Shown piece after piece: positions 28,598 to 37,261 of a stretch of 64,000 nucleotides of DNA. The notes beneath the pieces were generated by a model that was not told the origin of the DNA, made no database searches, and was given only the letters and a program-made list of their open reading frames with translations. Origin of the DNA: a virus; the IMG/VR virus record IMGVR_UViG_3300030102_007485, positions 13,880 through 77,879 of that record. One strand, 5' to 3'. The position numbers were made by a program, and so were the translations under genes. Numbering within the stretch: the first letter of the stretch is position 1; each line of letters opens with the position of its first letter.

Positions 28598-29697
28598 TGA
28601 AAATACCTCAGTTTATGCCTCTCGTCGGAAAGGACGAATATACTGCAATTAAGAAATGCTTTGAAGATAATTGGATTACCGAAGGACCACAGGCGAAAAT
28701 TTTTAAAGAAAAGTTGTTAAAGTTGATTGGGTCCAAGCACGGTGAGTTCGCTCCAAACGGCACACTGGCAATCTACTTAGCATTAAAGGCGGCGGGGGTC
28801 CAACCGGGTGATGAGGTGTTGGTACCTAATTTCACCTTTATTGCATCTGCTACATCTGTTGTCATGGTTGGTGCAACTCCAATTTTTGTGGATGTAGACG
28901 AGAACTTGCAAATAGATCTAAGTAAGTGTGGTGCACGCCTATCTGACAAGACCACGGCGATTATGACCGCTCACATGTACGGCACTTGTGGAGATATGCC
29001 ATCGGTTATGCAGTTTGCAAGAAAGCATGGACTTGTTGTTGTTGAGGACGCCGCACAAGCACTCGGAGTTACTTGGGACGGTCAGCACGCTGGGACTTTT
29101 GGAGATGTTGCAACTTTTTCTTTTTTTGCTGATAAGACAATCACTTGTGGCGAAGGTGGTTTTGTAATCACAAACGACGACAACGTGGCAGAAGAGTTAG
29201 TTTATCTAAGAAATCAAGGAAGGATAAACAGGGGCACCTTTGTCCATCCAGAGATAGGGTATAACTTCAGAATAACAGACATGCACGCAGCAATGGGCAA
29301 TGTTCAAATAGGCAAACTAGATTGGATAGTGGGTAGAAAACTAGAGATATACCAGGCGTATAAAAAAAGATTGCAAAGCAATTCAAGGTTTTCTTTTTTT
29401 GGTCCCATGAAAAAGTCTGGGTTTATACCATTTAGAGTTTGTATTATTGATAAACTGGGGCAAGCGTCAAACGTGATGGATAAGTTGCAAGAACATGGCG
29501 TTGAACCACGAACTTTTTTCTACCCAATGCACAAGCAACCATGTTTTTCGGACATTGTCAAAAAAGCAAACTACTCAGAGGACGAGTTCTCTGTGTCTAA
29601 TAAAATGTATGAAAGTGGTGTTTGTCTTCCCACCTTTTTGCAAATTACGGATGAAGAAATAGACTACATTTGTGATATAATCAATAGTAATTTTTAG
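28594..29697 (+). CDS. DegT/DnrJ aminotransferase, GDP-perosamine synthase-like
   Basis: EDAAQ; FSFFADKTITCGEGG with catalytic Lys; GYNFR. Confidence 0.88.
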   Translation: MMKIPQFMPLVGKDEYTAIKKCFEDNWITEGPQAKIFKEKLLKLIGSKHGEFAPNGTLAIYLALKAAGVQPGDEVLVPNFTFIASATSVVMVGATPIFVDVDENLQIDLSKCGARLSDKTTAIMTAHMYGTCGDMPSVMQFARKHGLVVVEDAAQALGVTWDGQHAGTFGDVATFSFFADKTITCGEGGFVITNDDNVAEELVYLRNQGRINRGTFVHPEIGYNFRITDMHAAMGNVQIGKLDWIVGRKLEIYQAYKKRLQSNSRFSFFGPMKKSGFIPFRVCIIDKLGQASNVMDKLQEHGVEPRTFFYPMHKQPCFSDIVKKANYSEDEFSVSNKMYESGVCLPTFLQITDEEIDYICDIINSNF

Positions 29698-29708
29698 GAG
29701 GTTATATT

Positions 29709-30866
29709 ATGAAATACCCGTTGGTCAAAGACACAATACGTGATAGCGACATAGATTCTCTTTGTGAGTGGTTGAAGACGTATCCAAGGTTATCTAAGGG
29801 TCCTTTGACGCCTGTCTTTGAGGACAAGTGGTCAAAGTGGTTAGGTTCAAAATATTCTGTTTATGTAAATTCTGGTTCTTCTGCAAATTTACTTATATTA
29901 AGCGCTCTTGTGGAGACAGGTAGAATCTCTAGGGACGCAAAGGTCGTAGTGCCTGCTGTTAGTTGGGCAACTGACCTCGCCCCAGTGATGCAACTAGGGT
30001 TGTCACCTGTTTTGTGTGATTGTAATATGGAGGATCTTTCAATAGACCTGGAGCAGTTTGAAAAGGTTTGCCAAGTCGAACGACCTCAAGCAATAATTTT
30101 TGTCAGTGTTCTTGGATTGGTGCCAGATATGGAGCGTTTGACGTCCATTTGCGAGAGATATGGAGTTATTCTTATAGAAGATACTTGTGAATCCTTCGGC
30201 AGCGAGTACCAGGGTAAAAAGTTGGGTACTTTTGGACTCGCTTCCACGTTTAGTTTGTATTTTGGTCATCACCTGTCAACGATTGAGGGTGGAATTGTCT
30301 CCACTGACGATGCTGATCTGTACAATGCTCTGTTAAGTATTCGGAGTCATGGTTGGATGCGAGATTGCGAAAGTGAATACGCACTAAAAAAACACAAAGA
30401 GTGGCAAACAGAAGAATTTAACAGTTGTTATACTTTTTACTACCCAGGGTTCAACCTTCGCAGTACTGATCTCCAGGCACATATCGGAATTAGACAGATG
30501 GATTATGCAGATACCGTGAATCGCACTCGTGAACAAAATTTTAGATATTATTTGCAATCGATTTCAGATGAAATTTGGAAACCGATGTATCGTGAGGGTT
30601 GTTTTGTCTCTAATTTTTGCTATCCTTTGGTAGTAGACAACCGACAGACTGTGTGTGACCACCTAGAACGAAACGGCATTGAAACAAGACCGCTTATTGC
30701 GGGGTCTATGTCTAGTCAACCATTTTATGTTCAAAGATATGGTGAAAGTTTGATGCCAAATGCAGACAGAGTACACAAAAATGGTCTGTATATACCAAAT
30801 AATCATGCTATGACACCACAGCAGGTAGGTTTTATATCATCTGTCGTAAATCGATCCATTCAGTAA
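29709..30866 (+). CDS. PLP-dependent 3-dehydratase, ColD-like
   Basis: NSGSSANL, EDTCES; SLYFGHHLSTIEGG has His in place of the catalytic Lys. Confidence 0.85.
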   Translation: MKYPLVKDTIRDSDIDSLCEWLKTYPRLSKGPLTPVFEDKWSKWLGSKYSVYVNSGSSANLLILSALVETGRISRDAKVVVPAVSWATDLAPVMQLGLSPVLCDCNMEDLSIDLEQFEKVCQVERPQAIIFVSVLGLVPDMERLTSICERYGVILIEDTCESFGSEYQGKKLGTFGLASTFSLYFGHHLSTIEGGIVSTDDADLYNALLSIRSHGWMRDCESEYALKKHKEWQTEEFNSCYTFYYPGFNLRSTDLQAHIGIRQMDYADTVNRTREQNFRYYLQSISDEIWKPMYREGCFVSNFCYPLVVDNRQTVCDHLERNGIETRPLIAGSMSSQPFYVQRYGESLMPNADRVHKNGLYIPNNHAMTPQQVGFISSVVNRSIQ

Positions 30867-31366
30867 TGAATTTTCCTAAAAAACAGGCAAAAACCCAATC
30901 TTTTGATGGTCTGGTCATCGATAATCCAGATTGTTACCATGATTTTAGAGGATATTACTGGACAGTCTGCAAAGATGATGAGAAAATATACAATCATGAC
31001 AAGATCACTGTCTCAAAAAGGAATGTTCTTAGGGGGATCCATGGTGACTTTAACACCGTCAAGATGGTATCGTGCGTATACGGTGAAATCTACTGTGTGG
31101 TTGTGGACAAGAGACCAGATTCCAAGACATACGACCAGTGGCGCTGGATAATGCTCAGTCACACCAATAGAACAACCGTAAAAATCCCCGCAGGTGTTGG
31201 ATTGTCCTATCTTGTAACCAGTGACGAGGCGACAGTGCTTTATAAACTCTCTTATAGAGGGTCTTATCAGGATTCAGACAACCAATTTACATACAAGTGG
31301 GACGACCCAAATTTGGGGATAGATTGGCCAATTAGTTCTCCAATATTGCAAAAAAGAGATAAATAA
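30866..31366 (+). CDS. RmlC-like NDP-sugar 3,5-epimerase
   Basis: DFRG, NVLRGIHG, DKRPDS.TY, WDDPNLGIDWP. Confidence 0.88.
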   Translation: MNFPKKQAKTQSFDGLVIDNPDCYHDFRGYYWTVCKDDEKIYNHDKITVSKRNVLRGIHGDFNTVKMVSCVYGEIYCVVVDKRPDSKTYDQWRWIMLSHTNRTTVKIPAGVGLSYLVTSDEATVLYKLSYRGSYQDSDNQFTYKWDDPNLGIDWPISSPILQKRDK

Positions 31367-31404
31367 AGAAAAAAAAACATAAATATATGGTAGTATGGTG
31401 TAGT

Positions 31405-31572
31405 ATGACTTACGAATTATGGCAACTGGTGACTTATGGAGAGGGAGAACCGCCGACCCCCTTGTTTAAGATCGCAGAATCTAAAGAATTTGAAGATATT
31501 TATAGACTATTCATGAAAGAGGTAAAAACTAAGTTGTGTGTAATAGTCCTACAAAAGGAGGGCAAGAATTGA
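31405..31572 (+). CDS. Small hypothetical protein (likely start 31405)
   Basis: Overlaps gmd start. Confidence 0.5.
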   Translation: MTYELWQLVTYGEGEPPTPLFKIAESKEFEDIYRLFMKEVKTKLCVIVLQKEGKN

Positions 31573-32534
31573 AGCGAGCACTCATAACTGGCATTAGCGG
31601 ACAGGACGGAAGTTACTTGGCAGAGTATCTACTTGGTTTGGGATATGAAGTCCACGGCACCGTCCGACGCCACTCTGTTTCTGAGAATCAGACAGCAAGA
31701 CTTAAAGACATAGAGAACAGCATACAGACTCATTATGCGGATCTAACAGATCACCACTCCCTCAGAAGGGTCTTCAATGTCTCACAACCAGATGAGATCT
31801 ACAACCTTGCCGCTATGAGTCATGTTAGGGTTAGTTTCGATATGCCAGCATACACAATACAAACGAATGCACTGGGTGTTCTTAATATGTTGGAGATTTA
31901 CAGAGAGAGTTTTCCAAAAGCAAAGTTCTATCAAGCATCATCATCTGAAATGTTTGGAAACTCGATAGATTCGGATGGAATTCAAAGACTTAGCACCCCA
32001 ATGAACCCTGTCAGTCCGTATGGGTGCTCTAAGGTTATGGGATATAATCTGGTTAGGCACTATAGAAATGCTTACGGATTACATGCCTGTAATGGCGTTT
32101 TGTTCAATCATGAGTCGCCTCGTAGAGGAACAAACTTTGTGACCAACAAGGTTGTAAAAACCGCGGTACAAATAAAAAAAGGCGTTGTAGACAAATTAGA
32201 ACTTGGGAACCTAGACGCAAAAAGGGATTGGGGTCACTCTCTTGACTACGTCAGAGCAATGCATATGATCACAAATCACACCACACCAGATGAGTTTGTC
32301 ATTGCAACTGGGATAACTCATTCTGTCAGAGACTTGTGTGAAACCGTTTTTTCTAAACTGGGCATGAATTATAAAGATTATGTCGTACAAAATCAAAAAT
32401 ATATGCGACCAGAAGAGTTGGAATATCTCAAAGGTGATCCAACTCGCGCCAAAGAAATTTTAGGATGGGAACCAGAGTATACCTTTGATTCTATGATCGA
32501 AGAGATGATAGCAAGATGGATGCGCGAGATCTGA
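31569..32534 (+). CDS. gmd: GDP-mannose 4,6-dehydratase (TTG start 31569)
   Basis: ALITGISGQDGSYL, YNLAAMSHV, YQASSSE, SPYGCSK, FNHESPRRG, RDWG; SD AAGGAGG. Confidence 0.96.
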   Translation: MKRALITGISGQDGSYLAEYLLGLGYEVHGTVRRHSVSENQTARLKDIENSIQTHYADLTDHHSLRRVFNVSQPDEIYNLAAMSHVRVSFDMPAYTIQTNALGVLNMLEIYRESFPKAKFYQASSSEMFGNSIDSDGIQRLSTPMNPVSPYGCSKVMGYNLVRHYRNAYGLHACNGVLFNHESPRRGTNFVTNKVVKTAVQIKKGVVDKLELGNLDAKRDWGHSLDYVRAMHMITNHTTPDEFVIATGITHSVRDLCETVFSKLGMNYKDYVVQNQKYMRPEELEYLKGDPTRAKEILGWEPEYTFDSMIEEMIARWMREI

Positions 32535-32657
32535 GGTATGTATAAGAAGATACTTAAAACCGTTTTGGGGTTTCCCAAAAATACCAATTTTTATAGCACC
32601 GCAGCAAAAGAGGTGCTTTCTAGGAAAATAACAGAGACTATTAAGGAGAAAATAGAA

Positions 32658-32858
32658 ATGAGATTATCAAACCAGGCATTAGGTGCTATTATGATGGCGC
32701 TGCAAAACTCACTTATGAATCAGACTGACATTGTTCCAGTCTTGCAGGGACTTCACTTTCAATTGACTGACAACGAAGAACTTAAAGTGTTAAACCCGCC
32801 AGCAGTTAAGGCGTCTGACGTAACACCTGAAACAAATAATACAACAGGCAGCGACTAA
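32658..32858 (+). CDS. Small hypothetical protein (start 32658)
   Basis: SD AAGGAG before MRLSNQALG. Confidence 0.6.
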   Translation: MRLSNQALGAIMMALQNSLMNQTDIVPVLQGLHFQLTDNEELKVLNPPAVKASDVTPETNNTTGSD

Positions 32859-32861
32859 GAA

Positions 32862-33113
32862 GTGCCTCAGTATCTTTATGAGTGTAAGGTGTGCAAGCAC
32901 CGTATGGATGTTTGGCATTCCATGACTGTCAAACTAACAGACTGTGAAGAGTGTGGTGCACCAAACTCCCTGTTTCGTTTACCGTCCATGGATAATACGT
33001 CCATTAGCGTGCTGAATAAAAAAAAGACGGGGCAAATAGTTGATCAATACATAAAAGATACTAAAGAATCCATAAGAAAACAAAAAAAGGAAATGAAGAG
33101 CACAAAGTTATGA
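32862..33113 (+). CDS. FmdB-like zinc-ribbon protein
   Basis: PQYLYECKVC...CEECG. Confidence 0.85.
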   Translation: MPQYLYECKVCKHRMDVWHSMTVKLTDCEECGAPNSLFRLPSMDNTSISVLNKKKTGQIVDQYIKDTKESIRKQKKEMKSTKL

Positions 33114-33424
33114 TAGAGTTGTTTTTAGTATTGTCAGTATGTCTAAACCTTTTCGGATTCATCTATGTTAGATGGGTCTTGAGGCAATTCAATGACTTAA
33201 ACGATAATTTAAAATCTCTGTTTGATGATTTGATGATGTATGGCGTGCATGTTGACTCAATCCACCAAACAGAGATGTATTACGGAGACTCTACCCTGAA
33301 AATGCTAATAGACCACACTAAGGAATTGACAAAACAAATAGAGGAGTATAAAGATTACCTTTTTCCGGGTGAAGAAACAGACGAATATGAAGCAAACGAC
33401 GACACGACGACGCAAGAGAACTAA
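33110..33424 (+). CDS. Small protein with N-terminal TM helix and coiled coil
   Basis: Hydrophobic residues 2-21. Confidence 0.6.
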   Translation: MIELFLVLSVCLNLFGFIYVRWVLRQFNDLNDNLKSLFDDLMMYGVHVDSIHQTEMYYGDSTLKMLIDHTKELTKQIEEYKDYLFPGEETDEYEANDDTTTQEN

Positions 33425-34097
33425 GAACAACTATTTTACAAAAGTTCATGAAAATGCCATTGTAGAATATACGCATACCGACTGCCCTAAGCGTAGGACT
33501 GAACTTTATGTAGATTTCATTGGACCCGCATTCAATGAGATGGTTGATAAAATAACCTATACATATAAGTTTTCAAATCTTCCAAACATTGATCCACTAA
33601 AAGAAGAGTGTAAAATATGGTTAACAACCATATTAGATAAGTATGATCAGAGTAAAGGTTCGAAAGCATTTTCGTACTTTAGTGTGGTCACGAAGCATTG
33701 GTTCTTTCACAAGGTAAAGAAAAACGCCACACGACAAAGGAGAGAAGTTTCCTATGAGGAGTTAAATGAAACCTCTGGTTCAGACCTCAAAGAAGTGCGC
33801 ATCGACGGTCAAGAATACCTCTCACAAAGAGAGGAAGCAGAGTTCTGGAACAGTTTATTTTCCCAGGTCAACAGGTGGGACGACAACAATCTTAAAGAAA
33901 ATGAGAAAAAAGTTTTAGATGCTGTTAGGATATTGATGGAAAACGTAGATGAAATTGACATGTTTAACAAAAAAGCAATTTACCTATATCTAAGGGAAAT
34001 AACGGGACTAAAAACCAAACAAGTCGTTAGTAATTTGAAAAAGATACGAGAAAAATATAGGATATTTAAGATTAAGTGGGATCGTGGTGAAGTATAA
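33387..34097 (+). CDS. Phage sigma factor, T4 gp55-like (probable late sigma)
   Basis: NYFT N-terminus; KYDQSKGSKAFSYFSVV region-2-like motif; position just before structural genes. Confidence 0.7.
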   Translation: MKQTTTRRRKRTKNNYFTKVHENAIVEYTHTDCPKRRTELYVDFIGPAFNEMVDKITYTYKFSNLPNIDPLKEECKIWLTTILDKYDQSKGSKAFSYFSVVTKHWFFHKVKKNATRQRREVSYEELNETSGSDLKEVRIDGQEYLSQREEAEFWNSLFSQVNRWDDNNLKENEKKVLDAVRILMENVDEIDMFNKKAIYLYLREITGLKTKQVVSNLKKIREKYRIFKIKWDRGEV

Positions 34098-34121
34098 TTA
34101 TAGAACAGCGATAATTACAAC

Positions 34122-34409
34122 ATGAAAGAAGTACAAGAATACTTAGAAGAAGCAATTCAAAATATCAAGCACGACCGTGCAGCAACAAAATCATTGTTGA
34201 TGACTTTGATGAAGTACATGCAAATATCCGAAGATCGACATAAAGAGGTCGGTCTAATTGCTGCGAAGTACCTTGAGACGTTGCAACGTTCAAACGAGCA
34301 GTTGGTCAAGATCACCGGGATAGTCTCCAGGAAGGCATCAATCTCAGATACAATAACAGAACAGGATAAGCAGGACTTGTTTGATATTATAAACTCAGAG
34401 GAGGAATAG
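34122..34409 (+). CDS. Hypothetical helical protein
   Basis: ATAATTA 4 nt upstream of ATG. Confidence 0.65.
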   Translation: MKEVQEYLEEAIQNIKHDRAATKSLLMTLMKYMQISEDRHKEVGLIAAKYLETLQRSNEQLVKITGIVSRKASISDTITEQDKQDLFDIINSEEE

Positions 34410-34411
34410 AT

Positions 34412-36151
34412 GTGTCGCTGGATGATTTCTTGGTGCCTGATGGGTTGAATCCACGGTCTAAAAAAGATTTTCTTTTTAACGGCGTTGCAGTGTCAACTAT
34501 CCCTGGAACCCACTTGGGTCCTAACATTTTGGCAGAAGCCGCAAGACTATCAAAAGAAGATAATACAAAAATATTGAATGAAAACTCGAACTTTGCTTTG
34601 GCGGTTGTACTCAGAGCAGAGATCGCGGAAGATCCGCGATCTGCATCTGCCTGGTTGCGCGGTCACGCCAGGAGGTTTCAATTGCAACCTCCCGAGGGTA
34701 GTTCACTAGTTATATGCCAGGTGTATGCTGCCAGTGATAAATATCATTGTGGCGCTGGCAGTGTTCGGATAGATGGTTCTTCAACTCCAGTTTCTTCCCA
34801 GGTTGCTAAATCTGCCGAACCCTTCACTTCACAACCCATTCAAACAAATAACGACGGGCATGAACAGTTTTCACCAGCATTTTATGCCTTGGTGCCACCT
34901 GCAAGTGTGCCACCCGTAGGATCTGTCATTGAGGTTAGGTACTTGTCAGATGAACCTTATGGTTCTGGCGTATGGCGTCTCCACGGCGGACAATTATCCA
35001 ATATCCCAGGAATTTTTGAAAACAATGCTCTAAGTTCTATGGGTCTTGCTGAAAATGGATTGCCTTACTTCGGAGGCGAAATGTCGCCAAAGGATCCAGG
35101 TCATCGTTGGGAGGTAAAGGTCAATGACCCGCCACAGGTAAAGGTCGCAAAACAAGAGTATAACAAGTGGGGACCTACAGGGGCAAAGCAGTATTGTAAT
35201 TCGTGGGCACACAAAAAAGATCTCTGTGGAGACAAGGATTATTACTATAGGGATTGGAACTATCAAACCTGGAACGCCATCGCAATGTACTGGAAAGATG
35301 GTGCAAAATCAAAATTTTGCGTAAATTTAACAATTGAGGATCAAATTTATCTTAAAAACAATATCGTTAGACTGCCTAACGGTAGCACTCGTTCTCGCGC
35401 TGATATGCATTGGAGTGGTGCTTTTATACAGTTCTGTATGAGGACTGATCCGTTTTTCAAGGACATGGTGTGGCCAACAGAGGATCGACAAGGCGTAAAA
35501 CAGGCAGAAAACAGGGGATTGCACTCAAGATACATACGCGGATCAATGTATAATACGTTCAAGGTTTTAGATGGTTACGATCTTAAACCAGGCGAGTATG
35601 TGTATATCCCAATGACAAGTAAAATGTCCCCCCTCTATATGAAAAGAGACCATGGATTCGGATCCCAGTTGCAAAAGTTAGGTGTCAACGCCAAGGCAAT
35701 GGTGAAAGGCAATTACGCCACCGAAGAGGTAATGAGGTACAAGAGTGGTGATATATGTCAAAAAATATCTAAATTGCCGAAATCTAAAAAGGATAAGACC
35801 TTAATTGACAAATATCATGGAGACATTGCGGTGGAGGACCAACCAGATGGAAAGACCATCCCAGGTGATAGACCCGAGAATTGGAAACTAGTTGGAAAAG
35901 TCTCAGACAAGAGGTTCACAGATGCAAAGTTAAAGAAACTACATGGTTTTCGAATCGGTGGAAATGTTGGCGGTGCTGTCGCGCCCCAGTTAACTGCACC
36001 GTGTGCAGGGTATACAACCAACAGAAGAGAGGTTATTGAAGCGCTTCGAAAACTTGGCAAAGATTTGCGCGGCAAGGGCACAAATATAATAACGTGGTTC
36101 AGGGCTCCAGAAAACCTTGGCAAAAGCGCAGACCAAAGGGCAACATACTAG
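34412..36151 (+). CDS. Baseplate hub-like protein with DUF2272/CHAP-like hydrolase domain
   Basis: PPVGSVIEV OB-like segment; HWSGAFIQFCM, HGDI, IGGNV. Confidence 0.55.
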   Translation: MSLDDFLVPDGLNPRSKKDFLFNGVAVSTIPGTHLGPNILAEAARLSKEDNTKILNENSNFALAVVLRAEIAEDPRSASAWLRGHARRFQLQPPEGSSLVICQVYAASDKYHCGAGSVRIDGSSTPVSSQVAKSAEPFTSQPIQTNNDGHEQFSPAFYALVPPASVPPVGSVIEVRYLSDEPYGSGVWRLHGGQLSNIPGIFENNALSSMGLAENGLPYFGGEMSPKDPGHRWEVKVNDPPQVKVAKQEYNKWGPTGAKQYCNSWAHKKDLCGDKDYYYRDWNYQTWNAIAMYWKDGAKSKFCVNLTIEDQIYLKNNIVRLPNGSTRSRADMHWSGAFIQFCMRTDPFFKDMVWPTEDRQGVKQAENRGLHSRYIRGSMYNTFKVLDGYDLKPGEYVYIPMTSKMSPLYMKRDHGFGSQLQKLGVNAKAMVKGNYATEEVMRYKSGDICQKISKLPKSKKDKTLIDKYHGDIAVEDQPDGKTIPGDRPENWKLVGKVSDKRFTDAKLKKLHGFRIGGNVGGAVAPQLTAPCAGYTTNRREVIEALRKLGKDLRGKGTNIITWFRAPENLGKSADQRATY

Positions 36152-36152
36152 G

Positions 36153-37223
36153 ATGAGTACTAAGGCAATTAGGGGTCCGGTCGTATTAAAGAAGGAGGGG
36201 GTTGGATACTCTGAAAAGGCAGAAGAGTGTCCAGAGTATAACGCACGCGATGGCGATTGTGTGATAGACGGCCGCGGCATTGTAAACAAGGGAACTGCTT
36301 ATGCAAATAATAACGCGTCAATTGTTCTAGGTCGCGACCGAGGAATGACAGGGACTGTGTTATCGGGATACGGCGGTGCTGCCGACGAGGGCACCGGTAC
36401 AATTGATATTGTAGCAGGAAGAATGTCTCCAGTTCCAAAAAGTAAATCTCCGAGTGGTCAAAAATACATTAATGATCCAATATTTACATACGCTTTTGCA
36501 GCAAAGGAAGGAATCAAAGATGATCGAGGTAATACAGTAAACTACTTTACCGACGCTTCTAGAATCTATGTAAGTCAAAAAACCGATGTAGACTATAATT
36601 TTAGAATCTCTGCTGGACGTGTAAACCCTTCGCCAAGCCGCGGTCAGAACCCGGCAAGTGCAATAGTCTTGCAATCAGACGACTTAAGGTTCGTTTCAAG
36701 AAGAGGTATTAAACTAGTAACGTTAGGATCTAGAGGGTATGGAGAGATCCCTGTTCAAACATCATTGGGTGCAAGGGTAACGAAAACTTATGGTATTGAA
36801 CTGCTTGCAGGCAATGGATATGACGCAAATGGTGAGGCACTTGAGGCAGAACCACTGGTAAGAGGAAAGCAACTTGCGCACTGTTTTAATGAACTTGCAG
36901 TACGAATAGAAGAGGTGCAAGATGGATTTTTTAAGTTTATGAAAGATCAGATACAATTAAATAATCTTCTGATGAACCACACTCATGGGGAGACTTTTGC
37001 CGGCGCAATTACCCTTTGGTCTCCATCTGCCCAAGGTGGTGCTTTGCACGCGAACATTAGTGCCATAAAGAATGCTTTTTCGCAACTCCATTCAGGTATG
37101 AATTTGTTGGACTGGAGAAAAGAGTGGTTGGGTCTAGAAATAAAGAATACTGTCTCTGGAGAAACCAATTCTGCTGTTGGCGCATCTGCTAAATTTAATA
37201 GCAAATATAATTCAACTAATTAG
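36153..37223 (+). CDS. Baseplate spike (gp5/gpV-like) protein (start 36153)
   Basis: Beta-rich repeats (IVLGRDR, RIYVSQKTD, IVLQSDDLR); EPLVRG and NHTH tip motif. Confidence 0.6.
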   Translation: MSTKAIRGPVVLKKEGVGYSEKAEECPEYNARDGDCVIDGRGIVNKGTAYANNNASIVLGRDRGMTGTVLSGYGGAADEGTGTIDIVAGRMSPVPKSKSPSGQKYINDPIFTYAFAAKEGIKDDRGNTVNYFTDASRIYVSQKTDVDYNFRISAGRVNPSPSRGQNPASAIVLQSDDLRFVSRRGIKLVTLGSRGYGEIPVQTSLGARVTKTYGIELLAGNGYDANGEALEAEPLVRGKQLAHCFNELAVRIEEVQDGFFKFMKDQIQLNNLLMNHTHGETFAGAITLWSPSAQGGALHANISAIKNAFSQLHSGMNLLDWRKEWLGLEIKNTVSGETNSAVGASAKFNSKYNSTN

Positions 37224-37261
37224 TAATTATATGTAGTAATACACAAGTGAATTAAAGGGTT

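Noticed and set aside
16347-32534. Bacterial chromosomal LPS/O-antigen locus
   Set aside because: Contiguous with phage baseplate and sigma genes, shares the RGCY avoidance, and lacks export/polymerase genes
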